A DNA stretch of 64,000 nucleotides. It comes from Dehalococcoidia bacterium. Lineage in GTDB: Bacteria > Chloroflexota > Dehalococcoidia > Bin125. Where the stretch lies: assembly GCA_963662615.2 (NCBI GenBank), contig CAXXSR010000002.1, positions 448,001 to 512,000 on the forward strand, in the 5' to 3' direction. Each line of letters opens with the position of its first letter. Position 1 is the first letter of the stretch. Under the pieces are notes generated by a model, which ran no database searches, was not told the DNA's origin, and was given only the letters and a program-made list of their open reading frames with translations. Shown here one piece after another: positions 21,139 to 31,115 of the stretch. A program made the position numbers and the translations under genes.

Positions 21139-21576
21139 TTGGCGCCCGGGCTTTCGCTGCTGGTTCCCTACAACAAATCGTCTCCCAGCCTGCGCGGGCT
21201 GGAGGCCGCGTTCCGCATCGCCAAGAGCGAGAAGAACTCGCGCGTGTACGTGGTCTACGTGGTTGAGGTGGAGCGCCGGCTCTCTGTCGACGCTGAGATG
21301 TCGGAGGTCTCCGAAGAGGGCGAACGCAGCATGGCGGAAGCCGAAGAGATGGCGCGGCGCTTCAAGTTGAAGTGCGAAGGGGATATCTTGCAGGCGCGAG
21401 ACGCCGGCCACGCGATTGTGGATCAGGCCGTGGAGCGTGGTGTGCACGCCATCGTCCTGGGCGTTGCCCGCGGCGGCCGCGAATCCAACGCGCTCGATCT
21501 CGGGAAGACGGCGGAATACGTCCTCCGCCATGCCCCCTGCGAGGTCATCGTTGTGCGTGAAGGAGCACCGGGGTGA
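21139..21576 (+). CDS. Universal stress protein (UspA domain)
   Basis: LLVPY, IVDQA..RG..AIVLG, LGKTAEYVLRHAPCEVIVV; AAGGAGG before TTG 21139; TATACT near 21074. Confidence 0.88.
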   Translation: MAPGLSLLVPYNKSSPSLRGLEAAFRIAKSEKNSRVYVVYVVEVERRLSVDAEMSEVSEEGERSMAEAEEMARRFKLKCEGDILQARDAGHAIVDQAVERGVHAIVLGVARGGRESNALDLGKTAEYVLRHAPCEVIVVREGAPG

Positions 21577-21974
21577 GGATCGTGATCATGGGCTGCGGCC
21601 GCGTGGGCGCGCGCGTGGCGAGTGAACTGGAGGCGGATGGCCACGAGGTCGCCGTGATCGACTACGACGCGCGCGCCTTCCTGCTCCTGCCCACGGACTT
21701 TCGCGGGCGCAAGATCGTGGGGAACGGAGTGGACAAGGAAGTGCAGCGCAATGCCGGGACGCCGGCGGCGGACATCTTCATGGCGCTCGCCAACGGCGAT
21801 AATCGCAACGCCATGGCCGCCCAGGTCGCCAAGCACTTGCACGGCGTCCCTCGGGTGGTGGCGCGGATCTTCGATCCAGAGCGCGCGGAGGTGTACCGCG
21901 AGCTGGACGTGCGCGCCGTGAACCCAACGGTCGTAGTGACGGACCTGGTGCGCGAAGCCGCGTTTGGGGCGTAG
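21573..21974 (+). CDS. trkA: TrkA-family RCK-N-only protein
   Basis: IMGCGRVG Rossmann motif, GDNRN, VVARI.DP.RA; no RCK-C domain. Confidence 0.85.
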   Translation: MRIVIMGCGRVGARVASELEADGHEVAVIDYDARAFLLLPTDFRGRKIVGNGVDKEVQRNAGTPAADIFMALANGDNRNAMAAQVAKHLHGVPRVVARIFDPERAEVYRELDVRAVNPTVVVTDLVREAAFGA

Positions 21975-21976
21975 CG

Positions 21977-22642
21977 GTGTACATCATCATTGTGGGCGGC
22001 GGCAAAGTGGGGGCGCAGGCGGCGCGGGAGCTGGTGGCGTCGGGCCATGAGGTCACCGTGATCGATCCCGTCCCCGCCAAGGTGGACGGGATCAACGAGG
22101 AGTTGGGTCAGATCGCCGTGCGTGGCGACGGGACTGAGGTGCGCATCCAGGCGGAGGCCGGGATGAACCGCGCCGACCTGGTGGTCGCGGCCACCGGCCG
22201 GGATGAGGCCAATCTGGCGGTCTGCCAGGTGGCCAAGCGCCGCTTCCAAGCGCCGGTGGTCATTGCGCGGATCAACAATCCCAAGAACGAAGAGATCTTT
22301 AAAGTTCTGGGCATGGACATCACGGTCTCGGCGACGCAGGCGATCTTGGCCCAGATTGAGCAGGAGTTGCCGAGTCCGCCGCTGATCCGGCTGCTGACCT
22401 TGCACGCGAGCGAGTTCGAGCTGGTGGAGGTGGTGGTGCCCGCCGAGGCGCCCACCATCGGCTTGCCGCTCTCGGCGCTGGAGCTGCCGCCGCAAGCGCT
22501 GGTGTCGCTGATCATCCATCCCGACGGCAGTCCTGAGGTGCCAACGGCCGAGACGCGGATTGAGGCCGGCGCCGGCGTCATGGCGGTGACGCTGCCGCAA
22601 CATGAAGCGGACCTGCGCCGTGCCTTGACCGGCGCCGGCTAG
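21977..22642 (+). CDS. trkA: TrkA-family potassium-uptake regulatory protein (RCK-N + RCK-C)
   Basis: IVGGGKVG, GDGT, ATGRDEANL, IARINNPKN. Confidence 0.9.
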   Translation: MYIIIVGGGKVGAQAARELVASGHEVTVIDPVPAKVDGINEELGQIAVRGDGTEVRIQAEAGMNRADLVVAATGRDEANLAVCQVAKRRFQAPVVIARINNPKNEEIFKVLGMDITVSATQAILAQIEQELPSPPLIRLLTLHASEFELVEVVVPAEAPTIGLPLSALELPPQALVSLIIHPDGSPEVPTAETRIEAGAGVMAVTLPQHEADLRRALTGAG

Positions 22643-22643
22643 C

Positions 22644-23486
22644 ATGAGCGACCACCGGCTCGCCTTCTTGGGCCCGCCGGGAACCTTTTCGGAGGCAGCG
22701 GCACGGCTGTGCGCGCCCGCGGCGAACCTCGTTGCGGCGCCGTCGATCACCGCGGCGACGGCCCTGGTGACCGCAGGGCGCGCTGATGAGGCGATCGTGC
22801 CGATTGAGAACTCCCTCGAAGGCGCGGTCACGGAAACGCTCGATCTGCTGATTCACGCGCTGGAGTTGCGCATCCGCCGCGAGATCGTCTTGCCGGTGGA
22901 GCACTGCCTCATTGGCCGGCGGGGCACGGACCCGGCCGCAGTGGCGACGGTGTACTCGCACCCGCAGGCGCTGGCGCAGTGCCGTAGCTATTTGGAGCAG
23001 GAGTTCCCCCAGGCGCGGCGGGTGGCGGCGCTGTCAACGGTGCAGGCCGTTGAATTGGCGCTGGACGACCCGCGCGCCGTCGCTATTGCGCCGCGCCGCG
23101 CCGCGGCGCTCCACGACGCGGTGCTCCACGACGCGGTGGTGCTGGCGGCGGGGATCCAGGACGACCCCCGCAACAGCACCCGCTTCGTGGTGCTGGGCGC
23201 GGACGATGCGCCGTCCAGCGGTGACGACAAGACGTCGATGGCCTTCAACGTCGTGGACCGGGCGGGGGCGCTCTTGGATATCCTGCAGCCCTTCGCCGAC
23301 GCCGGGATCAACCTGACGAAGATCGAGTCGCGGCCGGCGCGGGAGACACTGGGCGTCTACGTCTTCTTGCTGGATTGCGCCGGCCACCGGCTCGATCCGC
23401 GGGTGTCCGCAGTCCTGGAGGCGACGGCGGCGAACACGACCTGGTTCAAGATCCTGGGCTCCTACCAGTGCTACCGCGAGGGTTGA
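22644..23486 (+). CDS. pheA: Prephenate dehydratase
   Basis: FLGP.GTFSE, PIENS.EG, SHPQALAQC, N.TRF, INLTKIESRP. Confidence 0.95.
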   Translation: MSDHRLAFLGPPGTFSEAAARLCAPAANLVAAPSITAATALVTAGRADEAIVPIENSLEGAVTETLDLLIHALELRIRREIVLPVEHCLIGRRGTDPAAVATVYSHPQALAQCRSYLEQEFPQARRVAALSTVQAVELALDDPRAVAIAPRRAAALHDAVLHDAVVLAAGIQDDPRNSTRFVVLGADDAPSSGDDKTSMAFNVVDRAGALLDILQPFADAGINLTKIESRPARETLGVYVFLLDCAGHRLDPRVSAVLEATAANTTWFKILGSYQCYREG

Positions 23487-23489
23487 GCG

Positions 23490-24299
23490 GTGCCGGAGAT
23501 CCCGGACCTGGAAAACGTTCGTGCCGTGCTCAACCGGCGCCTGCCGGGCGTCGCCGTGACGGCGGTGGACGTGCTCTACCCGGTCGTCGTGCGCGTCCCC
23601 GTGGAGGAGTTTCGCGCCCGCCTGAGCGGCGCGTCGTTCGGCGCGGTGAGCCGTCGCGGCAAGTTTCTCCTCTTCGCCCTGTCAACGAAGGATGTGCTGG
23701 CGGTCAATCCCATGCTGACGGGCCGCTTCCAGTACGTGCCGCCCTCCCATAAGCGGGCGGCGCGCACCTGTCTGCTCCTGACGCTGTCGGACGGGCACGA
23801 TCTGCGCTACGTGGACGATCGGTACATGGGCAAGGTGTATCTGGTGGCCCAGGAGGATCTGGCGACGGTGCCGCAGTTCGCGGAGATGGGGCCGGATGCG
23901 CTCGATCCCGCGCTCACGGAGGATCTCTTCGTCACGCGCCTGCGCCGCTACCGGGGGCAGGTCAAGAGCGTGCTTGTCAATGCGAAGTTCATTGCCGGCA
24001 TTGGCAATGCGTACGCCGACGAGATCTTGTTCGTGGCGGGGATTCATCCCTTCACGAAGGTGACGAAGTTGGAGGAAGCGCGGCGGCGTGGGCTCTACCG
24101 GGCGCTGCACGAGGTGATGGCGTGGGCCATCCCCATTGTGCGAGAGGAGATGGGGGAGGAGCTGGACCGCAAGCCACGCGATTTCCTGCGCGTGCATCGC
24201 CGCGGTGGCGATCCATGTCCGCAGTGCGGGACGGCGATCTCGGAGGTGAGCCCGAGCCGTCGGGTGACGTCGTTCTGTCGGCGCTGCCAGCCGGGCTAA
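23490..24299 (+). CDS. Fpg/Nei-family DNA glycosylase
   Basis: N-terminal PE, RRGKFL, GIGNAYADEILF (H2TH), C-terminal CPQC...CRRCQ zinc finger. Confidence 0.92.
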   Translation: MPEIPDLENVRAVLNRRLPGVAVTAVDVLYPVVVRVPVEEFRARLSGASFGAVSRRGKFLLFALSTKDVLAVNPMLTGRFQYVPPSHKRAARTCLLLTLSDGHDLRYVDDRYMGKVYLVAQEDLATVPQFAEMGPDALDPALTEDLFVTRLRRYRGQVKSVLVNAKFIAGIGNAYADEILFVAGIHPFTKVTKLEEARRRGLYRALHEVMAWAIPIVREEMGEELDRKPRDFLRVHRRGGDPCPQCGTAISEVSPSRRVTSFCRRCQPG

Positions 24300-24844
24300 G
24301 GCGCCGCGGCCTGTCGCTCTTCCGCATCCCGCTCGACGAAGGGGAAGAAGATCTGCCAACCGAGATGGCGATCGAGATAGCGTCCGAAGAGGCCGCTGAG
24401 CGTGGCGCGGGGTCGCCGGGGTTGCCGGCGGAGACGCATGCGCGCCTCGGCCGGGGTGCGTCCGGCCTTGCGGTGGTTGCAGGCCATGCAGGCGGAGGCC
24501 AAGTTTCCCCAACTGTGGGCGCCACCGCGGTGACGCGGGATCACGTGGTCCAGGGTGAGGTTGGTGGTGCGCGTGCCGCAGTACTGGCAGATGTAGCCGT
24601 CGCGGGCGAAAACCTCGCGGCGTGAGAGACGGGCGACAGGGCGGGGCCGGCGGATAAAGTAGACCATGCGGATCACACTGGGCACGGGAAACGCGTCCGC
24701 GACACTGCGCAGCCATCGCGCGGAGTCCTCCACCACTTCCGCTTTGCCGCGCAGGATAAGGACGAAGGCGCGCTTCGCGTTGCAGACGTTGAGCGGCTCG
24801 TAGTTCTGGTTCAGCACCAGCACCGACGCGTTCAGTGTGGACAT
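24296..24844 (-). CDS. HNH endonuclease (conserved McrA-like type)
   Basis: VLVLN.NYEPL, RD...CQYCG, LTLDHVIP..RGG..SW.NL...C..CN..K. Confidence 0.9.
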   Translation of the reverse strand: MSTLNASVLVLNQNYEPLNVCNAKRAFVLILRGKAEVVEDSARWLRSVADAFPVPSVIRMVYFIRRPRPVARLSRREVFARDGYICQYCGTRTTNLTLDHVIPRHRGGAHSWGNLASACMACNHRKAGRTPAEARMRLRRQPRRPRATLSGLFGRYLDRHLGWQIFFPFVERDAEERQAAAP

Positions 24845-24930
24845 GGACGGGGCCCGGCTCCTCTCTCGTACCGCCACGGGACCCGGCAGCGGTGGGCGCA
24901 GCCATGCTACCAGACGGGCGCGGGGATGCC

Positions 24931-25431
24931 TCAGGCGGAGAAGTCTTGGAGCGCCGCGTCGAAGTTGCCGGGCAGCAGCGCCCGCACCACCGGCGTGGTG
25001 TCGAGGAAAAACGATCCGATGGTCGAGTCGGCGATGACGTCGGCCATGCCGAATGTCGGCTGCAACACGAAGATGATGGTCACGGCCTGAATGATCACGA
25101 TGCCCTTGATGAAACCGAAGAGCGCGCCGGCGGCGTGGTCGGCCCAGCCCAAGAGGAAAAGGTGAGCAATCTTGCGCAGGAAGCGGGACGCGATCCAGCC
25201 GAGAAGGGCGACGGTGACGAAGATCCCCAAGAAGGCGCCCACTTCCGCGCCGGCGCCGCCTCCGCCCAACGTGGCTAGATTGCGCGCGACGTCGTCGTGG
25301 AAGAGGCCGGCCAGGACGACGCCAAGCACCACCGCGGCCAGCGCGACGGTCTCCCGGATCAGGCCGCTGAGGTAGGCGGTCAGCGTGAACCAGGCGATCA
25401 GTGCCAAGATCAGGAAATCGAGCCAGTTCAT
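24931..25431 (-). CDS. CvpA family membrane protein
   Basis: MNWLD start, GLIRE, D..AGALFG..KG, four TM segments. Confidence 0.88.
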   Translation of the reverse strand: MNWLDFLILALIAWFTLTAYLSGLIRETVALAAVVLGVVLAGLFHDDVARNLATLGGGGAGAEVGAFLGIFVTVALLGWIASRFLRKIAHLFLLGWADHAAGALFGFIKGIVIIQAVTIIFVLQPTFGMADVIADSTIGSFFLDTTPVVRALLPGNFDAALQDFSA

Positions 25432-25552
25432 TGCGCCCGAAGGTGCCCGCTTACCGCGCCTACTCTAGCATTGATGCGCCCCGACGGCGGGAGCACCGCG
25501 GCGGAGAGGACGCCGACAGGACAGGGGCGGAGCGGACGCGAGCCCGGAGTGA

Positions 25553-26320
25553 ATGGCGATGGAACGTGAGGCGCTGCGCGTCTTGCTTGATGAGGTGGCG
25601 GCGGGCCGCATCCCCCCCCACGAGGCGGCGGCGCGCCTGCGGACGTTGCCCTACGAGGATCTGGGCTTCGCCAAGCTGGACCACCAGCGGGCGCTGCGCG
25701 ATCGGCTGCCGGAGGTGGTGCTGGGCAGCGGCAAGACGCCCGAGGAATGTCGCACGGTGGCGGAGCGGATCGTCGCGGCCGGCGACAGGTTGCTGGTGAC
25801 CCGGCTGGACCTGGAGCAGGCGCGCGCGATCCGCGCAGGGGTGCCGGACGCGGTGTACCACGAGCGGGCGCGCTGCCTGACCTGGCGGTCGCGCCCCTCG
25901 CTGGGGCATCCGGGCGTGCTGGTCTGCAGTGCGGGCACAGCGGACCTTCCCGTGGCTGAGGAAGCGGCGCTGACCGCGGAGCTGATGGACTGCGCGCCGG
26001 AGCGGCTGGTCGACGTGGGCGTGGCGGGGTTGCACCGGCTCTTGGACTGTGTCCAGCAACTGCGGGCGGCCACGGTGATCGTGGTGGTGGCGGGGATGGA
26101 CGGCGCCCTCCCCAGCGTAGTGGCGGGCCTCACGGCCGTGCCCATCATTGCCGTTCCCACGTCGGTGGGCTACGGGGCCGCCTTCGACGGCCTGGCGGCG
26201 TTGTTGAATATGCTCAACGCCTGCGCCACCGGCGTGGCGGTGGTGAACATTGACAACGGCTTCGGGGCCGGCTACCTGGCGGCGAGCATCGCGCTGGGCG
26301 GGGCCGGTGCGGAACGCTGA
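25553..26320 (+). CDS. larB: Nickel-pincer cofactor biosynthesis protein LarB
   Basis: FAKLD..R, PEVV...GKT, AGTADLPVAEEA, DVGVAGLHRL, VAGMDGALPSVV, VPTSVGYG, VVNIDNGFGA. Confidence 0.93.
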   Translation: MAMEREALRVLLDEVAAGRIPPHEAAARLRTLPYEDLGFAKLDHQRALRDRLPEVVLGSGKTPEECRTVAERIVAAGDRLLVTRLDLEQARAIRAGVPDAVYHERARCLTWRSRPSLGHPGVLVCSAGTADLPVAEEAALTAELMDCAPERLVDVGVAGLHRLLDCVQQLRAATVIVVVAGMDGALPSVVAGLTAVPIIAVPTSVGYGAAFDGLAALLNMLNACATGVAVVNIDNGFGAGYLAASIALGGAGAER

Positions 26321-27525
26321 TGCGTCTGCTCTATCTGGACTGCGTGAGCGGGGCCAGCGGCGACATGCTCCTGGGCGCCCTCATTGACGCCGGCGCTTCG
26401 CCGGCCGCGATCGAGACGGCGTTGCGCACGCTGCCGCTGCCCGATTGGTCCTGGCAGGTTCAAGAAGTGCGCCGAGGGGCGCTGCGTGCGACGCAGGTCT
26501 GCATTGAGGCGCGCGACGTCGAGGCCGCACACGGCCGCCGCCTGCGTGATGTCGAGGCCGTCCTGGACGCCGGGCAGCTGCCGGCCGGCGTACGGAAGCG
26601 CGCCGGCGCCGTGTTCCAGCGGATCGGCGAGGCGGAAGCGCGCGTGCACGGAGGCGCGGTGGAATCGCTTCGGCTTCATCACGTGGGTGAGGCGGATTCG
26701 GTCCTGGATGTGACGGGCGTCCTGCTGGCGCTGGAGGCGCTGGGGGTTGAGCGGGTCTCGTGTTCGGCGTTGCCGCTGGCGGCGACGGGGGAGGTGGAGA
26801 GCGGGCACGGTCGCGTACCGGCGCCCGCGCCGGCGACCCTGGAGATCCTGAGCGCGGTCGCAGCGCCTCTGCGCCCGGCGGACCCCGCGGACCGCCACGA
26901 GCTGGTGACGCCCACCGGCGCGGCGATCGTCGCGGAGCTGGCCGTCTTCGAGCGCCCGGCACTTCGCCTGCAGCGGATTGGGGTGGGAGCGGGCGCCCGG
27001 GAGCTGCCGCACCGGCCGAACATCCTGCGCGCCTGGCTGGGTGAAGGCGCGCCGGCCGCCAAGGCGGGGATCGACGTGCGCTCCGTCGTGGTGCTGGAGA
27101 CCACGGTTGACGACATGACGGCGGAGCAGATGGCCTTTGCGCGCGATCGGATCGCCGCCGCCGGGGCCCTGGACGTCTGGATCCAGGCCGCCGCCATGAA
27201 GAAAGGACGCAGCGGTCTGCACGTCACGGTCATCGCGCGGCCCCAGCAAGAAGAAGAGTTGGCGCGCCTGCTGCTGCGCGAGACCAGCACCCTGGGCGTG
27301 CGCGTGCGTGAGGAACGCCGCTACGAAGCGCCGCGCCTGCACCGCAGCGTCGACACGCGGCTCGGCCCGGCGGGCGTCAAGCTCAAGCGCCTGCCCGGAG
27401 AGCCGGTGCAGATCGCGCCCGAGTTCGATGACTGCGCCCGCCTGGCGGAGGAGCACGGGCTGCCCATCGCCGACGTCTACGCGCTGGTGGAACGCGAAGC
27501 CCGGGAGCAGCTGGAGGCCGAGTGA
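26320..27525 (+). CDS. larC: Nickel-pincer cofactor biosynthesis protein LarC
   Basis: YLDC.SG.SGDM.LGAL, AEARVHG, HG..P.PAPAT, EL.TPTGAA, ET.VDD, MKKGR, ETSTLGVR, PEFDDC. Confidence 0.92.
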   Translation: MRLLYLDCVSGASGDMLLGALIDAGASPAAIETALRTLPLPDWSWQVQEVRRGALRATQVCIEARDVEAAHGRRLRDVEAVLDAGQLPAGVRKRAGAVFQRIGEAEARVHGGAVESLRLHHVGEADSVLDVTGVLLALEALGVERVSCSALPLAATGEVESGHGRVPAPAPATLEILSAVAAPLRPADPADRHELVTPTGAAIVAELAVFERPALRLQRIGVGAGARELPHRPNILRAWLGEGAPAAKAGIDVRSVVVLETTVDDMTAEQMAFARDRIAAAGALDVWIQAAAMKKGRSGLHVTVIARPQQEEELARLLLRETSTLGVRVREERRYEAPRLHRSVDTRLGPAGVKLKRLPGEPVQIAPEFDDCARLAEEHGLPIADVYALVEREAREQLEAE

Positions 27526-27576
27526 GCGGCGCCGGTCGCGCTTGACTTCTCTCCTTCTGGCGTCATTGCGGATCCC

Positions 27577-27590
27577 TAGGGGATCCCCCT
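27577..27590. promoter_or_regulatory. Perfect 14-bp palindrome TAGGGGATCCCCTA, candidate operator for the HD-GYP gene
   Basis: Self-complementary, intergenic, flanked by further GATCCC copies. Confidence 0.45.
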
Positions 27591-27683
27591 ACGGAGATCC
27601 CCGCACTCCCCCGACAATCGATCCGACAAGGATGTACCCGCAATGCGCCCGGGAGGGCGCTTGCGGCGGGGGCGGGAGGCCGG

Positions 27684-29150
27684 ATGATGGGGCGAATCTG
27701 GGTCATCGCCACCAGCGAGGCGTCGGCGCGACAGCTGGCTCAGGAAGCCGATCTGGACGCCGCCGAGGTCGAGTGCGTCACCTGGGTGGAGCTGCTCCGG
27801 CGCTGGCCGGACGCGCCCGCGGTGCCGCTGGTGCTGCTGGATTGGTCCCAGGGCGGCGCTCAGGCCGCCGGGGCGCTGCCGTTCCTGCGCCACCTCATGG
27901 ACAGCGAGATCTGGGCCGTTGTCGGCAGCGCGGCTGAGAGCCAGATCGCCGTTGACGCCGGCGTCTCCGTGACGCTGCGGCGGCCCTTCCCGCCGCGGGC
28001 TCTGCGCCGGGCAGCGCGGGCGCTGCAGCGGGCCGCGTCGCCCGCCGCGTCCAGCGTTGGCGGTGGGGTCGCTGGCGGGGGGGTCGTTGGTGGGGGGGAG
28101 CGGCGATTCGAGCAGATCGTCGCCCTCCAGCGCGACCTCAGCGCCGCGCCGTCGCCAGACGCCTTCGCCGGGCGCCTCGCCGAGGGGCTGGGGGAGATGC
28201 TCAAGGCGGTCGTCGTCGTGCGTGTGTTCGCCTGGGGCTGCGGTCCGGAGGTCGTCCGCGGGAGCGGCGCTTTGGGCGCTGACGAGCTTGAATCGCTCGA
28301 GGGCCCTGCCGCCGTGGAGGCGCTGGGGACGTTGCGAAGCGTGGCCTGCGACGGCGCGCAGGCTCGGTCGGCTCGCGCGGGCGGCGCAGCGAGCCGCCAC
28401 GCTACCACGCTCGTGCCGCTGCTGGGGGCGGGCCGGGCGCGAGGCCTAATCCTGATCCGGCCCGCGCAGCGATCCCTGAGTCGAGAGGACCTCGCCTGCG
28501 CGGAACTCGTGGCGTCGCAGGCGGGCGCGCAGCTCGGCAAGTTCGGGGGCGCCGACTCGACGGAAGAGGACGTGGTGGCGACGATGCTGCGCGCCCTGGA
28601 GCGACGGGACCCCACCACGTGCCAGCATTCGCGTCGGGCGGCGCTCTACGCGGAGGAGCTGCTGGCTCTCAGCGGGGTGCCGCCGGGGCAGCCCGATTAC
28701 CGCGATGCGGTGCGCGGCGCGCTGCTGCACGACGTGGGCAAGATCGGCGTGCCGGACGAGGTGCTATTGCAGCCGGATCCGCTCAGCGACACGCAATGGG
28801 AGGCGCTGCGCCAGCACCCCTACCTGTCGTATCGCATGCTGTCCGGGGTGGAGTTCCTGGCAGGCGCCGCGGAGATTGCCCACGCCCACCACGAGCGCTA
28901 CGACGGCAGCGGCTACCCGCGCGGCCTGGCCGGCACCGCGATCCCGCTGGGGGCGCGCGTGTTCGCGGTGGTCGACGCGTTTGACGCCATGACGTCCGAC
29001 CGTCCCTACCGCCGCGCGCTCGCGGCCGATGCGGCGCGATCCGAGATCGAGCGCTGCGCCGGCAGCCAGTTCGACCCCGCCGTGGTGGAGGCGTTCAAGG
29101 AGATGTATCGCCGCCGCTTTCGCCGCCGGTTTCGCAGTCAGGCCGCGTAG
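27684..29150 (+). CDS. HD-GYP phosphodiesterase with degenerate receiver/GAF-like N-terminus
   Basis: HS.R, LLHDVGKIG, HHERYDGSGYP.GL, IPL.AR...VVDAFDAMTSDRPYR. Confidence 0.9.
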   Translation: MMGRIWVIATSEASARQLAQEADLDAAEVECVTWVELLRRWPDAPAVPLVLLDWSQGGAQAAGALPFLRHLMDSEIWAVVGSAAESQIAVDAGVSVTLRRPFPPRALRRAARALQRAASPAASSVGGGVAGGGVVGGGERRFEQIVALQRDLSAAPSPDAFAGRLAEGLGEMLKAVVVVRVFAWGCGPEVVRGSGALGADELESLEGPAAVEALGTLRSVACDGAQARSARAGGAASRHATTLVPLLGAGRARGLILIRPAQRSLSREDLACAELVASQAGAQLGKFGGADSTEEDVVATMLRALERRDPTTCQHSRRAALYAEELLALSGVPPGQPDYRDAVRGALLHDVGKIGVPDEVLLQPDPLSDTQWEALRQHPYLSYRMLSGVEFLAGAAEIAHAHHERYDGSGYPRGLAGTAIPLGARVFAVVDAFDAMTSDRPYRRALAADAARSEIERCAGSQFDPAVVEAFKEMYRRRFRRRFRSQAA

Positions 29151-29156
29151 CGACGA

Positions 29157-29948
29157 TCAGCCCTCGCCGGGAGGCGCATCCGCGTCGGAGCCCAGCAGCC
29201 CTTCGCCGCGCAGGGAGACGTGGCGCCCGCCGCTGCCGATGACGACGTGATCCAGCACGTCGATGTCGAGGAGCCGCCCGGCCGCCATGAGGTCCCGCGT
29301 CATCCGTACGTCGTCACGCGAGGGGGTGGGATCGCCGGAGGGGTGATTGTGCACGGCGATGATGGCGGCACAGTTGCGGCGGACGGCGTCGCGGAGGATC
29401 TCGCCAATGCGCACCTGGGCGGCGTTGACACTGCCCCGATAGACGGTCATCACAGCCTGGACTTGATTCTTGGTGTTGAGCAGCAGCACCCGCAGCTCCT
29501 CCTGCTCAAGGTGGACCATCTCCGCGCCAACGAGCGCCACCACTTCCTCCGGCCCCGAGACGACCGGACGCTCTTCCGGCTGCAGGGTGGCGAGGCGGCG
29601 CCCGAGTTCGAGCGCCGCCTTGATTTGGGCGGCGCCGGCAGGGCCGACGCCGTGCTCCTGGATCAGCTCACCGGCGTCGGCATGCTGGATGCCGTCCAGG
29701 CCCCGGCCCGCGAGGAGCCGCTGGGCGATGTCGAGAGCGCTTTCTTCCTGGGTACCGGTGCGGAGGAGGATGGCGAGGAGTTCGGCGTTGGAGAGAGCGG
29801 CCGGGCCGGCCTGGAGCAGCCGCTCACGCGGTCGCTCGCCGCTGGGGAGGTCGCGGATGCGAACGTGGTAGCGTGCGCCGTCGTCGGAGACGTTGCGCCT
29901 GGCGCCGTTGGCGTTCGTTTTTTGTCCGCCGTCTTCGTTGGGCGTCAC
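29157..29948 (-). CDS. radC: RadC family (JAB/MPN) protein
   Basis: [43 protein letters not shown]. Confidence 0.94.
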   Translation of the reverse strand: MTPNEDGGQKTNANGARRNVSDDGARYHVRIRDLPSGERPRERLLQAGPAALSNAELLAILLRTGTQEESALDIAQRLLAGRGLDGIQHADAGELIQEHGVGPAGAAQIKAALELGRRLATLQPEERPVVSGPEEVVALVGAEMVHLEQEELRVLLLNTKNQVQAVMTVYRGSVNAAQVRIGEILRDAVRRNCAAIIAVHNHPSGDPTPSRDDVRMTRDLMAAGRLLDIDVLDHVVIGSGGRHVSLRGEGLLGSDADAPPGEG

Positions 29949-30604
29949 GGGCTGCCGCCGATACCACCGGAGCCCCAGGGAGGCGGCTCACTCTCCTCCG
30001 CGGATTCGAACGGCGGCGCCTCCGTCGGTGCGTCGCCGGCCACCGCCGACGTACCTTCGGGATGCTCCGGTCCGGCGGGCCGATCCAGCGGCGGAGGCTC
30101 GACCTGTGCCTGCCCAACCGGCCGAGCAGGGAATGCTGACTGTTCGAATTGAGGCCTGAAGGCGGCCGGCGGCTCCTCCACCGCGCTCCAGCTCATCAGC
30201 GCGTTTGAATGGGGATAGTGCAGGCAACGAACGCGGCGTCCTACCTCCGGCATCGCCTGGAAGATCGTCTTGCGCAGACGGAACGCCCGCGTGCCCACGA
30301 GAACGTAGCGCCCCCGCATGATGAAGAGGTCGGAGCGGATCCATTTGCGACTGATCTCGCCTTCGGTCTCAATCGGCTCGGCGAAGAGATCGCGCAGCGC
30401 CGCGAAGGCCGAGTCGCCGGTGACCAGTGCGAGCAGGCCCGTCAGGGCGAAGGTGACCCAGACCGTGCCGCTTTCGTCGAGCGCGCGCACCAACGAGCTG
30501 ACCGCCAGCGCCGCGAAGAGGACGAAGAAGGGCGTCCAGAGGATCGCCCCGCGGATGACGTTGCGGCGCGCCCGCGCGGGGTCGCTGTAGGCGAAGTCAG
30601 CCAT
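29945..30604 (-). CDS. Hypothetical two-TM membrane protein with Pro/Glu-rich tail
   Basis: Two hydrophobic helices; overlaps both neighbouring genes, suggesting coupling. Confidence 0.65.
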   Translation of the reverse strand: MADFAYSDPARARRNVIRGAILWTPFFVLFAALAVSSLVRALDESGTVWVTFALTGLLALVTGDSAFAALRDLFAEPIETEGEISRKWIRSDLFIMRGRYVLVGTRAFRLRKTIFQAMPEVGRRVRCLHYPHSNALMSWSAVEEPPAAFRPQFEQSAFPARPVGQAQVEPPPLDRPAGPEHPEGTSAVAGDAPTEAPPFESAEESEPPPWGSGGIGGSP

Positions 30605-31115
30605 CGCGCCAGATCGGGACGAGCACGGTCTGGCCAACGTCCAGGCGCGTGCCGTCGCCAAGATCGAGATTGAAACGGAGGATCTCTTCCATGCTCACCT
30701 CGTAGACCACGCTGATGTCGTAGAGGGTGTCGCCCCGCTGCACGACGAACCGCTCAAAACGCGCGGGCCGCGCCGGATCCGGCGGCTCCGGCGGCCGGGG
30801 CAGGGCGTCGGGCAGGAGGCGGAAGGCGGGGCGTTCGTCGGCGCTGAGCGCGGGCCTGGCCGCGGCCGGGGCGACCTCCGGCGCCGGCGCCGTGATGGTC
30901 GCGCGCGTCTGCGTGATCGTGACGCTCTCGGCGGGGCCCGTCACGGCGATGTCCGAGTCGGAGTCGGTGAGCCCCCAGGCAGCGACCACGAGGCCCGTGA
31001 CCGCGGCGACGGCAGCCAGCCGGAGGAGGCGGACGCGGAGGTCCAAGGTCGGCCGCGCCCGTGACGACGGCCGCGCCGCCGTGCGCTGGGCTGTGATGCG
31101 TGAGCGGGTAGCCAT
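30597..31115 (-). CDS. Membrane-anchored LysM domain protein
   Basis: One TM segment, Pro-rich linker, VVQRGDTLYDIS..Y.V....I...N......L.VGQ.V.VP. Confidence 0.85.
   Translation of the reverse strand: MATRSRITAQRTAARPSSRARPTLDLRVRLLRLAAVAAVTGLVVAAWGLTDSDSDIAVTGPAESVTITQTRATITAPAPEVAPAAARPALSADERPAFRLLPDALPRPPEPPDPARPARFERFVVQRGDTLYDISVVYEVSMEEILRFNLDLGDGTRLDVGQTVLVPIWRDG

Noticed and set aside
24296-24844. HNH gene as a homing or mobile element
   Set aside because: It resembles the conserved stand-alone HNH type, has host-like composition, and has no intron, repeat or insertion signature.
29157-29948. radC as a marker of an integrated element
   Set aside because: It is the full-length chromosomal type with N-terminal domain, among housekeeping genes, with no integrase or att sites.
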